Assembly: GCF_001194135.2 (NCBI RefSeq)
Contig: NC_068981.1
Coordinates: 56,966,047 to 57,030,046, forward strand
Source of the DNA: Octopus bimaculoides
Taxonomy: Eukaryota
Direction: 5' to 3'
DNA: 64,000 nucleotides
The notes under the pieces: generated by a model
What the model saw: only the letters and a program-made list of their open reading frames with translations
Databases searched by the model: none
Told to the model about the DNA's origin: nothing
Part shown: in pieces, positions 25,462 to 40,889 of the stretch
Position numbering within the stretch: position 1 is the first letter of the stretch
Layout: every line of letters begins with the position of its first letter
Translations under genes and position numbers: made by a program

Positions 25462-26095
25462 TGTCTGTCTGTCTGTCTGTGTTTGTCATGTCGTTAAAAC
25501 TCGAGGTCCACCCAACAGATTTTAATGAAACTTTACTCATGCATTACATAGGGTCCAACAAAATTTTAAACTTCTTGCCAAATGTTGGCCCAGGGACAGA
25601 TAAACCGCAATTTTTAAAGCATTTTTGCAGCGTTAAGGCCCGTAACTTGAAGAGTATCCAGTTACTTTCCTCCAAATTTTCAACAAACATTAATCAGGCT
25701 CCTCGAATTGCTGTTGACTAAGAAAAATTCCGACGCCGATTATGGGCCCCACAAAAATGCAGGTTAATCAGATTTGAGTATACTGCACTGAGTTTTATCT
25801 TTATTTTAGGCCATTTTCCGACGATAAGATATTGACAATACTTATGCATTATAAGTAGCGTGTAATATTTCATGAAAAACTTTTTGTCCAATTTGGCAGA
25901 AGAAATGAGAACATTAAAATTTTTGTCAGCGCCCTGTTGATGCTTCATGTTACCATTCCGCGCACTATGTGCGTGTGTGTGCGGCTGGATAAAGGCACAA
26001 AAAGCCATTCATCCAATCTCTAGACGTGCCCTGTCGATGTTTCACGTTTCCAATCTTGTGCAACGCAGCATGCTCGGCAGCATGTCTGCTCTCTA
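25365..26095 (+). mobile_element. Possible non-autonomous Helitron/Helentron (DINE-1-like) element
   Basis: (TG)n then (GTCT)n followed by aaactcgagg...cagattttaatgaaactt, a DINE-like core pattern. A GC-rich hairpin GCAGCATGCT-CGGC-AGCATGTCTGC lies at 26065-26089 near the end. Confidence 0.35.
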
Positions 26096-28302
26096 TGTCA
26101 TCAATGTCTGAACTATATTATGCAAAATGTTCATGCAAAAAACAAACTGCTTTTGTGACTCACGTGGCTCCCGAGAAAGAGTAAAAGAATTTACCCGATC
26201 AACGACCGGGTGGGGCTAAACATAGAGGGGACAAACAAGGACACACATATATATATATGTGTGTGTGTGTGTGCATAACGGACCGCTATAGTAGAAACCA
26301 TTTGCTGAAAGTGTCGCATCGTGAGATCGAACCCAATACAATATAGTTAAGGAGCTACTTCTTACTTCTTACGCTAATGTTTACCCTTCAACTTAAGGAT
26401 TACTTTTTAATTATATAACTAATTATATATTATAAATAGCCAATTAATTTTCTAGAATTCCTTGCAAGATTAAATCTTGATATTTAATATAGCTGTAAAT
26501 TGTAAATTAGTTCGGGTTTTTAAAATGTGACGGGAAAAATAATAATTTATATTAAAAAAAACAAGCAAAATTATGTAATTTGATTAATTAATACACCAAA
26601 ATAATCTATAAATATTCTGCTGAAAATATCGGTATTTATCTGTTCACCAAATTTCATCAAGTTAGATTATTACTTAGGTGACTGCTGAGGAAAGCTTCTC
26701 GATGGCAGCGCATCAGCACAACCACAAGCCACAAGCTAAGAACAACAAATGGGTAAAAAGTAAAAGAGAAAAAATAAAAAAAAGAAAAGAAATAGTTAAA
26801 TTAGGCAACGATGCTTAAAATCCTGAGATGAAGACAATACTTAAGCAATTAAAACTACAGTCGTAATGAGAAAGATATTCATTGTTTAAAGAAAATTATT
26901 GTCAAAAGAAGCAAGGGGAAAAACTTCTGATATTTTAACTGAGCATATAAATAGAGTAAGTATAAGGATTTTGATCCTTGACTGCTATGATGACTACTAT
27001 AGACCTGTTTCGGCCTTGTTTGACCTTGCTGGAGTTCCTCAGCGAGGCAAACAACACTGACAGCTGCTAAAACATTAGAACTTCCTATAGGTATAGTATT
27101 TTGTGCTACAATAGTTTACTGATTAGACAATTTAAAAAAATACGCGCACTGGAATTTGGCTCAGTGGTGCTTTCTGGTTAAGGAAAGTACAGTTAAGTGC
27201 AGGCTATCATATTTAAGATGGCAAGCTGAAAGGAATAATAACACTGAAACATATCCAGCCAGACCTCGAGATTGCAAAGTGAACTTCTTAACAATTTGCC
27301 TACGCGGCGTTCATTTTCATATGTGTATATATNNNNNNNNNNNNNNNNNNNNNNNNNNNNNNNNNNNNNNNNNNNNNNNNNNNNNNNNNNNNNNNNNNNN
27401 NNNNNNNNNNNNNNNNNNNNNNNNNNNNNNNNNNNNNNNNNNNNNNNNNNNNNNNNNNNNNNNNNNNNNNNNNNNNNNATATATATATATATATATAATT
27501 GTGCGCTGGGATATTTAATACGATAATGAACTGAAAAGATTTTTGTTTTATTTTTCATAATGAAAAGGAAAAATGCCAATAATGAAAAGAAATTACATTA
27601 GCTTTTTTTCAAAATTCTTCTCAAAAGGAGCGAGGTTAAAAAGTCAAAAATTTGAACTGATTGAAAATAAATAAAGATCTGATCTATGGTAACAAGTTTG
27701 AACATGCTTCGGTCTTATTACACTTCCTTAGCTAAGCATAGCTAGTACATAGCTGCAAAACCACAGAGTGACTTGAATAATAATATATGTTTTGGTATGA
27801 AAATAATTCACTAATTAGGTAAATTAAAATAATGATATTGGAAGATTTCCCAAAAGTGCCTATTACATACTTGCACACTTTAATTTTGTTTATGCTTTTA
27901 TGACAAAAGATGAAATTTGATATTACTGTGTATGTAGAGGGAATGTTTGTCCGTGCGTCTCAATTACATGACATATGCGTGAACTCTGTTCAGATATTAT
28001 TATATGGTCTTTCTCAGACTATTAACAACATAAGTAAGGTGAAGTGGCCAGAAACAAGAACAGAAATCAATGACTAACTCGGTGATATACATACATGCAT
28101 ATATAGATATATAAGCATACTGACGCATGCATGTATACATATGTACATACATATATGCATACATACTTATATAAACGGTGGCTCGCGATTCTGTATCGTG
28201 CCGTGAGTAATCATCTTTTGAGTTCCATTCTTTTTTTCTCTTTAGAGGTGTAACACCTCTCTGTCACACCCATCTCTCATGAAGGCATGCCTATGTTTTA
28301 TT

Positions 28303-28514
28303 TTTTCTTCTCTAGGCACAAGGCCCGAAATTTTGGAGGAGAGGGAAAGTCGCTTAGATTGACGCCAGTACGCAACTGTTGCTTAATTTATCGATCCCGA
28401 AGGATGAAAGGCAAAGTCGACCTCAGCGGGATTTAAATTCAGAACGTAAAGATAGACGAAATACAGCTAAGCATTTCGCCCGGCGTGCTAAAGTTTCTAC
28501 CAGCTCGCCGCCTT
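28303..28514 (-). mobile_element. SINE family A, full length with 16-bp TSD
   Basis: Reverse match to family A. ATGCCT(A/G)TGTTTTATT at 28287-28302 and 28515-28530. Confidence 0.92.
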
Positions 28515-29015
28515 ATGCCTGTGTTTTATTACATAGACAAAATCCCAAAATGAGATAAATAAATAATAACACTTTAATAAAAGAAAAAAGTAATACTGCT
28601 CATTAAAAATATATTTGCACTACAACACTTCCTTTGCTTACCTCATAAAAAAAAATTACACTTTTGACGATCTGGTATTCATTCCAATAATTGAGTGAAT
28701 AGAGGTGCGTAGAATTAAATATAATTCCCAATACACAATATGCGTTGATGTGTGTCTATGTAGCAGGGGAAGTATGTATTGTATTGAAAACACGACTATC
28801 TTATTTTTTCATCAAGAGCTTTTCTCCTTTCTTTCATACTTTTGCATTAGTTCCATGCAGAAGATGAGACAATGAAATCTAAAAATGTTATGGATATATT
28901 TGGGAACGTTCGAAGCAAACTGCTAGTAACTCATACAGAAGCTATAAAAATATTTCATGAAAAAGATAAAACTAGAACACGGTCGTAATTTTAATACATG
29001 TTCAAAATAGGTTAT

Positions 29016-29075
<60 letters not shown>

Positions 29076-30975
29076 GTTCCCCTTTCTCTCTCTCTCTCCC
29101 TCTTCCCCTTCCTCTCNNNNNNNNNNNNNNNNNNNNNNNNNNNNNNNNNNNNNNNNNNNNNNNNNNNNNNNNNNNNNNNNNNNNNNNNNNNNNNNNNNNN
29201 NNNNNNNNNNNNNNNNNNNNNNNNNNNNNNNNNNNNNNNNNNNNNNNNNNNNNNNNNNNNNNNNNNNNNNNNNNNNNNNNNNNNNNNNNNNNNNNNNNNN
29301 NNNNNNNNNNNNNNNNNNNNNNNNNNNNNNNNNNNNNNNNNNNNNNNNNNNNNNNNNNNNNNNNNNNNNNNNNNNNNNNNNNNNNNNNNNNNNNNNNNNN
29401 NNNNNNNNNNNNNNNNNNNNNNNNNNNNNNNNNNNNNNATATATATATATATATACATACATATATATATATACATACATACACACACATACACACACAG
29501 AGGGAGAGAGGTACCGCACTGTTTTTACCTTTTCTTTATAGGCAGATGAAGCAAAAGCCTATATTCTAGACCTCAACCGGGGTTTATGTGGCCCTTGTGG
29601 GCCCATCTAAGATTTTGTAAAAATTTATCTGTAATAAATTGGTTCAACTTCTACAATATATAAAATCTTTTTATAAATTTTTCATACAATTCCTAATAAT
29701 ATTTAATTATTAAAATATATGATTTTTTTTATCATCGAATAGTGAGGTGAGCCCATTCGAATAAATAGGAATCAAAGGTGTCCAAAGCTAAAACCAAAAT
29801 GATTGAGAAGCATCTAAACTCTAGAATCAAGATAATTTGAATCGAGAATCGAAACCGATACGTTTTCTTGGTTCTCGAGAGTTTATATCTTCCCCGTCTG
29901 CATTTGCTGCGCACTTTAATATTGAAAAATAGAATCTCATTTTACAAACGTAGACTTATATACACATAGACAATGTTGAGGGCGAGGGCAGCGAGGAAGA
30001 TGATCCTCTTGTTGCTGACTTTGATGCAAACACTGCTGTAGCTGCATATGGTAATGATGATGCTGTTGCTGCTGCTGATGATGATGATAAGGATGATGGT
30101 GGTGGTGGTAATTTTGGAGGCGTTGCTTATGATAAGTATGGTTATGATGACGTTAGCATATCTTGCTACTTGGCTTAGAATTATAAATATGATTAATTTG
30201 GATGTATAACAGTTACAAATTGTGTTCTTCTTCCTTGCTTGTTTTGTTGGTGCCACAACGTAATAATGATATCAGAGCAGATAAGATATCACCATTAATA
30301 GTAAAATACTCCTCTTTTTTTTCTTTTCCGTTTTCTTCTTTCTATTTTATTTTATTTTTTTTCTGTTCCCCGCGGGAGATTGTGATTGCTGAACAGTGTC
30401 AGTTCACTTGAAATCTCTCGAGGCTATTCACCTATCTTTACCACTTCGATAAGATTCATGACCTGGTAAATTATCTGAAATAAAACATTCCGACTTTTAA
30501 CTACAGGAGGAGCCGTTCACAGTAAAAGCAGCGAAATTCAATATTTAAACGACAGCATTGTCAGGTAACTGGAAACCATCGACATTCATGTCATGGTTTC
30601 AGGAGAACATATGATGCGTTTATGGCAACTGTTTTTCAAATAGCTTACTTCTGCCCAACCTAGTGCACTTTCAATGACTCTTGACCTTCCATTGGATATC
30701 AGCGTCTGAATTTCAGCACCCGGGACATTACGCCCGACATATTGGCTATGCTTTTTCTTTATTCTTTTCGACTTTCGAGTTTTAATTTAGTTTATGAATG
30801 AAGAAATAAATACAAATTTCCGCAAGGCAGTCTTTGTGAATTTGGTAGTCATCTGGAGAGAGTAAATAATATTAGCGGTCGGCGAAATAGTTGTTTCGTT
30901 TACTGAAATATTGGAAGCATTAAGAAGACGATGGGTGGGAAGAAATAGCAACGACGGCGGCAGAGACAGTAGCGT

Positions 30976-31071
30976 AGAAGAAGAAGAAGAAGAAGAAGAA
31001 GAAGAAGAAGAAGAAGAAGAAGAAGAAGAAGAAGAAGAAGAAGAAGAAGAAGAAGAAGAAGAAGAAGAAGA
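30976..31071. repeat. (GAA)n microsatellite
   Basis: Directly visible. Confidence 0.98.
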
Positions 31072-32609
31072 GTAGGAGCCGTACAGATATAGGGAGAAAT
31101 AGCAGTGGAAAGATGGAAGATAACTAAGAAGAAATGTTAATTTGCCAGAATATTCTGGAAGTTTAATATCACTTAACTATTAGATACTTTGCATAAACTG
31201 TAAAAGTTCTTTAAATAAATCGAAAGATCTCAGTGAGCTAGTGTAACTGTTGGTTTGATTACTATATATATATATATATATACCATATATGTTCTTATTT
31301 ATATGTGAACGCTAGTGAAATAAGTGAAATACATGTCTCTTCTGGAGAAAGATTTTTGATTGCCGTATCATTCTTCCTTGAATATTTATTTTGTTTTAAT
31401 TAGAAAATAATTACTTTGGCTAATTTAAAGTAATTCTAATATCTAGAATTTTAAATATAACGTGAAAGTTTCGATTTGCATACTTATTAAACAAGTTGAT
31501 TCCCTGAAGAAAATGACGATTTGTTCAGCAAAGCTATAAGAACCTTGTTTTGCTTTGTTTTTTTGTTTAATTTTATATGGAAATCAGTTACAGTCGATTC
31601 AAACAAGACCGATATATTTTTTTTAATATTCTGTCCACATTAGTTGGTTAAAAGGCAAAGTTGATTTGGTCAGTATATAATTCTGAACAGCGGGCTTACA
31701 GTTACTTACCACTCCGTAAGTATTGAAATAAGAAAATCGCTATTATCTATGATCTCTAACATATGTATAGAGTCAAATTTTTCGGGACCTTTCTTTTCTT
31801 ATACAAATCATTTTCATAAGTTTGTCTTAAACGTCTACGCTTCTTGTTTCATACGTTATGAGCAATATGAAACTTTCCTTTCATAAGTCTTCCAAGTTGT
31901 TCTGGTAATCGAAAAAAATATTTAGAATGAGTATCATATACGGTGCATAGAAGCCAAAGAAACATGTCCTGTGTATCACATGTGATACACAGGATACGTA
32001 TTACTGACTGCTAAAGATTGAAAGGCAGAGCCAACATCAGTTTGAACAGAACTCAAAATATGAAGGCATATACAAAAAAAAAGACCCTAATTAATTTTGT
32101 CAGAAGTTCTACCGATTATAAATATAGACTAAATAAGAATCATCATCGAATATTTTTTGATCACAGAATACTATTCAAAACATTGGCAAAGGTTTGAAAA
32201 TCTTTCAACAATAAAATATAACTTTGGCTGATGATCTCAATAATTAGGAACACCTAAAATCTGTCAGTTCTTCTCAGTGGAATACCGAAGAGATAGTTAC
32301 ACCATCTTATATTTGTGGGTAATATCCTGAACATAAAGTAGCAAACTTGTGCACAAACCATAAATTTTACTTGAGATCTACAACAAGCTGTCAACTTTAA
32401 AAAACATTGCCTTTCATCATTCTCGGGTCGATAAAGTACGTAGAAGTCAAGTTGAGAAGATCGAATGTTCCCTCCCTAAAAATGTGTTGCATCGTGCATA
32501 TGTTAGAAATCAATATATTAAATCATGTTAACGATGCCAATATATTAAATCATGTTCAATGTAGACACAAGCTAGATTGATGTTCTTTTGTGTGTTGGTA
32601 TGTGTGTTG

Positions 32610-32790
32610 TTGCTTTTAGTCACAGGTCAGCCCTGATCGTTTTTTTCTTGTTTGTTTTTTCTTTCTTTTTCAAATACATTGTATCTAAGACTACATTATT
32701 CAGTACATCTTGTTTTGTAGAACGAAAGGGTGTGATTTGAGATTGATATGATGTCTATTTCTAGCAGATTGGACGACCATGTACGTAACT
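32610..32790 (-). repeat. Dispersed repeat family C
   Basis: caggtcagccctgatcg...gggtgtgatttgag...ctatttctagcagattggacgaccatgt. Confidence 0.7.
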
Positions 32791-33964
32791 TCGTTTCCTC
32801 AAAATAGACAGGGTTTATTCGATACAAGGAACACACTATGACGGTTATCTTCATGCTTTATTAAGAAGTGCATTTATAGCAAACATATTCTTTTATAGGT
32901 GTGTTTGTATACGAATGTATGGCGACCAGTGTGTATGTCTGCTTTAAGGATGTTTTTCAGTGTGTATGTGTATATAACTGAGTCTGCATTACTTTACCTC
33001 TTTGTTGTGAGAATCCTGATATTTTTATTCGGGATCATAACTTAACCAGATCTCTGCCTTAAATGCTATGGACAAGTCCGAAGGGAAATTTTCTGATGGC
33101 GACAGATTCTAAAAGATATTACTTCGATTCTTTGGTGCACCAACGCAACTTTAACGGAAGACGAGCTTCCAAAGAAGAAAAGTACTTAGAGTAGAGTGAA
33201 GGGTCCTTTTTCATGCTTGCGTTACCTTTTGTAGCATATTAAATACAGAATGTTGTTTAGATATATTAAAGACACAATATGACAGGTGAAGCATTGCGAT
33301 GGATCAGTTGTTCTATTTTTCCATAGCCCCTTGTTTTTCTTCTGTCATTTTGCTGCAAAACAGGAAAAGTAGAGATATTCAACATTCCAAAGGAAATTCA
33401 AGAATATTACGAGCCATAAATAAGACACGGTTAAGCAATCAAGCTCCAGAATTTAATTTAAGGCTGAAATTTGTAGAAACCTCCTTGGTTCAGACTGGCA
33501 TTAAATATGCTTAGTAAGCTACAAAAGTAATACTGCTTGAGCATTTACAAAAGAAAATAATTATGTTTTGTTTCATAGTTGGTTTTAAGAAAAGTTTCAC
33601 ACACATAGCTTTCTCAATAACCTTAAAGACCGAAGCCAAACGAAAGCAACATGAAACAAAAATATTGATTTCAATTTTTGGTGCAAGGCCAACAATTTCA
33701 GGGGAGATGTTAAGTCGATGTTTTGTTTTGTTTATTTGTTGCTGTTGTTTTTTTCTGCCTGATGCAACATTTTTATCAGAGTGAAATTGAATCGTCATTT
33801 TCAGAACCTTCTATTACTTTCTTTGCCTAATAAAAACTACAGATTCATTCATTCCAACCATTAGCTTTCCGTCAACCGCTAAGTTACGGGAACGTAACCA
33901 AATCAACACCGGTTGTCTCACTCGCGCGCGCGCGCACATATATATTATATATAATTATTTATGC

Positions 33965-34118
33965 GACGAGCTTCCACACAGTTTCCGTCTACCAAATTCA
34001 CTCACAAGACATTAGTCAGCCTGGGGTTATAGTAGGAGGTTATAGAAGAAGACGCTTGTCATACAGTCCTCGGAGTGAATCCCGAAACCACGTGGTTACA
34101 AAACTAGGCTTTACCACT
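33965..34118 (-). mobile_element. SINE family B (cagtttccgtctaccaaat motif)
   Basis: Matches the copies at 38177, 44720, 45118, 57347 and 63905. Confidence 0.75.
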
Positions 34119-34542
34119 ATTTTAGTGACAGGCGAAAGGAAGGGTTGATCGTGGTGTGAAATAGCACAAGTAAAAACCAACAATCAATAGTCAAATCAAA
34201 AAATTCCACAAGTACGTAGAAATATGAACTTTCAAACTAAGTGTTGCTAATGAGAATAATTCACTCCAACTATAAACAGTTGTGGTATAGTTTCAACGAT
34301 CAGTATGAAATTAAAATCTATAAAGTCGAAGAACAGGTTATAGTCATTTTTTGCACATAACATGATTTGAAGAAGAGTTTCTATGTGCAAGAATGCGCAT
34401 GTGCATCTGTAAATATATACACGTACGCATGGATAGATACATACATACACACAAAGACATGTAAATTATCTATGCGTGTATGAATGTATAATTCGTGAGC
34501 ACACGCGTGTGTGTGTATGTATGTGTGTGTATATATATATGC

Positions 34543-34582
<40 letters not shown>

Positions 34583-35775
34583 GAAACAGAAGAAAGAGCT
34601 TAACAACTGAAAGACATTTATAAATAAAGAAATTCTTTCAATTTTTATGTATATTCTGTAATTACTGTATAAATATATAGTTAAAGTAATAGTTGTGAAG
34701 ACTCGCTCCTAACTTAGACAGGATCGATTAGAAAGAAAGAAAGAAAGAAAGATAGAAAGATGGGAAGGAAAGAAGGAAGGAAGGAAGGAAGGAAGGAAGG
34801 AAGGAAAATACAAGTGCAACATATCGTTATGTGAACAGTTTTACCTTTATGAAACACTCCCAGCGGCTTAGTAATTTATCAAACAGCAAAATATTCCATA
34901 AACATAAAGAAATTAATATATAAGAATCACATTTATTCAGAATATTTAAATACTGCTGCAAATTAAATTAAAGTAAATATTATACCTTAATTTCATTATT
35001 CAAGACATTTATGAGTTTCTTTGCAACTGGAACAGAAGAAGTAATTTCATCCAATACATAGGAAGTAAGTTCCAAGGGTTTTTTTTGTTTGTTATTTAGT
35101 TTATCTGTTTTGTTTTGCTTTGTGTTTTTTTTTATATATCGACATTATTTGTACAGAAATTAATCACATCGTAAGTAATTACTAACGCAATATTATTATT
35201 TTAATAACGAACATTTATTATTGGGTAACTCATTAAATAGCTTCTTTTTTCCTTCTTCAATTATTTACTGAAATGTACCAAGCGCACTGTGTATTTCACT
35301 TGAAAGTACTTGGTTTGTCTTACCTCTGAAGTCAGTATATAAGTAACGGTGTATACGCTGCTTTTGTTAGTAGCAACTAATGTATACTCTCTAAATCGTG
35401 CTGAAATTAACCCTTCAACTCGAGAACCGCTAGTTCAAGCCTAAAGGTTCCAAGCCAGTTTAAACTCCTCCTTAACTCCTCCTTCATCTCAGATGTGTGT
35501 TATATTTCTTTAACTACTGACTTATAATTTAAATCGTCAGGGAATTTCGATTGAAAAGAAATCAAGAATGAAATCTATGATCCTATGAATAGCAGATACG
35601 GAAGGTTTTGCGAAAAATCTTCCCTAAGTAAATATTTCGATTTTTCTCTTATTACATGAATTATTTTTAATAAGACAAATGAAGGTATCAGAAATCTCCA
35701 CTAATATGAAATATCAATTGTATGTTTTAATTTATTATCATTATCATAATTACTACTACTTCTACACCAACTACA

Positions 35776-35776
<1 letters not shown>

Positions 35777-35843
<67 letters not shown>
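35777..35843. repeat. (CTA)n microsatellite
   Basis: Directly visible. Confidence 0.97.
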
Positions 35844-37149
35844 TTTCATTGTATGATAATATATTAGCATTCTTTACCTATTATATATCTTACTAAATAT
35901 TGCCGTCTGAAATGCTCATCAATCATAATAATAGTTTTGTCAGTTGACCCAGACATGATTATTATTGTCTTAATTGGATTTAAGTCAATGAAAGTTATAC
36001 ATACATATATAAAACTCTTCCAAAAGCACCGGTGTCTAATGAGAACAATTCCCAAAACACTAGTTGTTATACTAAAGCTAAGGAAGTTTGGAATGTTGTC
36101 AATCTGGCTTAAGTTCGGCTTCAGAATTCAATTCGAGATTTTCCATGTCTGGCTTTCTCACGTTGTCTTATTTATTAGCTAACCAACGGGAAATGAAACG
36201 TGCCTGTGACCCTTGTAGGACCACTGAGGCTCTTTCGATGTTCAAATCGATGCTCAATTTAAAGATCTGTAGGTTGACATATGCAGAGAAACATGGCGGA
36301 TATGGAATTCCAGAACTAAAACAAATGCAGCAGAATGTTATGTAGGATCTGAATAATTTGAGTCAGTATGGAAAACGATATGAAAAAAGACTGGTATGAT
36401 GAATAGGTGTAGATGGAGGGGCATATGTGTAGATTATGTCTTGGTATTATTGAAGGAGACTAGGTTGCCACTGAAACATGTTTTGAAGGTCTCTTTTCAT
36501 AAAAACTATACTGTTCTGACCGACGGTTATCTAGGATGCATGTGTTGAAGTCTACCTACGGAAGATAAAGGAAAACTAAGGGGTGAAATCATATGCATAG
36601 GAGTATGCGCAGTTTGAAATAACAGAAATTAGATCATTAAAGAGCAGAAGGGTAACTGTGGGAAACATGACCCATCATTGACCTTCACCAAAATTGAGGA
36701 GTTGTGAGTTGGGCAGAACCCTATAATGGATTGGTCCGGTAAGAAATTTTTGATTATACAGGGAGAAGGATCCACGAAGAGGTGAGCAAATTATATGGAA
36801 GATATTCATTTTAGATGCTGTCGATGATTATGTTGGTGTCAATGGCATTCACCGACCACGAGTAACTCTGGATTTTCATCGTATAGTTCGTGGCCCCATC
36901 GAAGATACAAAGGGGGTCTCGAGGATGGTTAATAGCGAAAATAAAATTGAAAAAGTGTGTGTCAGTATTTAGTGTGTGTGATTATTTAGTGGTTATTGAA
37001 GTGTGAGTCTCGATCAGGATTCAAAACGGCTGTTGTTTACATCTAAGTTTTGTCAATCAAAATAACCCATAGTATCAGAACATCCAGATGTTATTCGCAT
37101 AGAACAGTGAAAGTTAAGTCTTAGTTTGATTTCTTGCAACCCTAAAGAT

Positions 37150-37335
37150 TCCGCTCACGCATTCACAGTAAACAAGGCACAGGGCCAGACTTTAAATTGT
37201 ATTGGTGTATTTTTACCTACTCCGATGTTTACACACGGCCAGTTATACGTCGCTATGAGTAGAGGAACGGACTCCTGTAGTCTGAAAATTAGTGTCGACC
37301 AAACAGAAAATATCGTCTACAAAGAAGTTTTGTAA
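37150..37335 (+). mobile_element. Helitron RepHel C-terminus (PIF1-like helicase)
   Basis: AFTVNKAQGQTLNCIGVFLPTPMFTHGQLYVAMSRG...TENIVYKEVL* matches the canonical Helitron end T(I/V)NKSQGQ..F.HGQLYVA.SR..T.N.VY.EVL. Confidence 0.92.
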
Positions 37336-38133
37336 TCATATTGATATTATCGAAAAGAATATGGTTTGTAATTTAAATTAGAAAATTTGTTGACTTTAAA
37401 CGTATAAGAGTATAAACAAGCGTAAAATAGTGTAAACAACTAAAATAAAAATATATCTAAATAATATTTTTTTCTTAATACTTTTTATGTAGTGGCCGAA
37501 GGGAGCACTGGTTTTCGTTAGGAGTGGTCCACATAACCATTCATGATACAGAGGTTGAGAGCCTATTTCAGTTCGGGAGTGAATCGTCATCACATGTCAC
37601 TTAGTTTCAAACACATGTCATATAGCTGCAATAGAATGCTGTATCGTCAACAATAGTGTGATTCATCTAAGACATTACCCAGTAATCTATCAAGTCTATT
37701 TACATATTATTCAATACATACTACTGTTCTAACCTCCCTTCCTCATTTTATGTCTCCATCGTAGATGGGTAGATTTGCTCGTATATATAAAATTATAATA
37801 TTCAAAGCGGTTTGATTTGGATTCCGTGCTACTTCAAGTTTCGCAAGCCACTGATAGAATCTGTCTCCTCAGGCTGGTGGAAAATTCGAATAAATGGAGA
37901 GCTACAAGAAGTCCAAGATGGCTACCGGCATGCGGGCTGCAATTGGTCAAGGGAAGTCACGTGATGTCACCGTAGATAGTATTGCTTAGTAAGCGACTAC
38001 AGTTACATAAGTGAAGGGAGTTTCTTAGGCCGCGTGATTGAACAGGAAATTGGTGGTGACAGTGCATCTGGGTGTGGAACCAGTGGGAGCTTTGAGCATA
38101 TGAAATTGTGTGCGTGGGTGCGCGTGCGTATGT

Positions 38134-38169
<36 letters not shown>

Positions 38170-38176
38170 ACTACTG

Positions 38177-38284
38177 TCTTCTTTCAATTTCCGTCTACCA
38201 AATCTATTTGTAAGGCTTTGGCCAGCAATTGGACTGAACCCAAAACCATGTGGTTGGGAAGCAAACTTCTTATCACACAGCCAC
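38177..38284 (-). mobile_element. SINE family B with internal deletion
   Basis: tttccgtctaccaaatc...ggactgaacccaaaaccatgtggttgggaagcaaacttcttatcacacagccac. Confidence 0.8.
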
Positions 38285-38904
38285 GCTTGCATCATATCAC
38301 GTAAGCAAAAAGAATTTTTTAAAAATGAAAATTATCATCAACTTTATTGCCTCAGTAAAACGCAAATATCTAAAAGATACGATTCAAGAAACAATGTTCG
38401 ACGAGAAAGCAAAATTGGCATTTAACTAATGCATAGAAATCTCCTGAAGATTGCTGTTACGGAAAAGCTATATTATTTAGCATCTCCCTATTTTGTTACT
38501 ATAACAAATAGTTTTCATTTTTAATTTGAAACCAAATTTAGAAAGGTCACTGGAAATTCCCTTTTAATACTTACAGTTAAACAGTTTAGCGTTTGGATAG
38601 ACTAAATATCTATTTCATGGTCAGATGAGTAAAACAGCTCTTTTCATAATTATAATATAAATTACATAACAATGTAATATCATAGTATCGATGTACAGAA
38701 ACCAGGTTTACATTCTGACTACACGTTACCGAATGTATGTACATACACACATGATAATGCTCATTTGTAGATAGATATACATTAAAAAAATAGCGTGTGT
38801 ATGTCTGTGCATGTTTGTGTGTGTATTGTTTGCAGAGAGTTCATGAGTCAGAAAAAGAAACACTTTGAATATTAGGCAATAGTATAGTGGATATATCATT
38901 ATTT

Positions 38905-39871
<967 letters not shown>

Positions 39872-39886
39872 AATAATAGTAATAAA

Positions 39887-39961
<75 letters not shown>
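39872..39961. repeat. (AAT)n microsatellite running into a gap
   Basis: Directly visible. Confidence 0.97.
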
Positions 39962-40753
39962 NNNNNNNNNNNNNNNNNNNNNNNNNNNNNNNNNNNNNNN
40001 NNNNNNNNNNNNNNNNNNNNNNNNNNNNNNNNNNNNNNNNNNNNNNNNNNNNNNNNNNNNNNNNNNNNNNNNNNNNNNNNNNNNNNNNNNNNNNNNNNNN
40101 NNNNNNNNNNNNNNNNNNNNNNNNNNNNNNNNNNNNNNNNNNNNNNNNNNNNNNNNNNNNNNNNNNNNNNNNNNNNNNNNNNNNNNNNNNNNNNNNNNNN
40201 NNNNNNNNNNNNNNNNNNNNNNNNNNNNNNNNNNNNNNNNNNNNNNNNNNNNNNNNNNNNNNNNNNNNNNNNNNNNNNNNNNNNNNNNNNNNNNNNNNNN
40301 NNNNNNNNNNNNNNNNNNNNNNNNNNNNNNNNNNNNNNNNNNNNNNNNNNNNNNNNNNNNNNNNNNNNNNNNNNNNNNNNNNNNNNNNNNNNNNNNNNNN
40401 NNNNNNNNNNNNNNNNNNNNNNNNNNNNNNNNNNNNNNNNNNNNNNNNNNNNNNNNNNNNNNNNNNNNNNNNNNNNNNNNNNNNNNNNNNNNNNNNNNNN
40501 NNNNNNNNNNNNNNNNNNNNNNNNNNNNNNNNNNNNNNNNNNNNNNNNNNNNNNNNNNNNNNNNNNNNNNNNNNNNNNNNNNNNNNNNNNNNNNNNNNNN
40601 NNNNNNNNNNNNTGTAGCATTGAAAAATCATCGGTTTAATAATTCAAAAGCTGTGAAATGCGGAAAGTAGGAAAACTCATGAACAATGTTTTTCACAAAT
40701 GAAAAGCCAACTGAGAAAAACAGCTTATCGAAATATCTAATTATCTTTGATAA

Positions 40754-40820
<67 letters not shown>

Positions 40821-40857
40821 TGCATACATACATACATTATATTTCTCCAAAAGTTTC

Positions 40858-40889
<32 letters not shown>

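Noticed and set aside
26995-27050. Minus-strand CTGAGGA...GGTC-AAACAA-GGCC-GAAA-CAG-GTC
   Set aside because: Ten extra nt separate the core from stem II and stem I does not pair. At best a heavily decayed relic.
29968-30178. Acidic Gly/Asp-rich open frame (DNVEGEGSEEDD...)
   Set aside because: It is a decayed GAT/GCT/GGT triplet tract without a start. Similar tracts occur at 88-260, 43400-43620 and 47450-47530.
35930-36200. VLSVDPDMIIIVLIG resembling the VDTDV motif of XPG-like nucleases in Academ-type transposons
   Set aside because: The expected downstream FHAFTGCD-type motif was not found.
37824-37875. Minus-strand CTGAGGA-[23 nt]-GAAA-CTTGAA-GTA
   Set aside because: Stem II does not form and stem I is only 2 bp. 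Consistent with chance.
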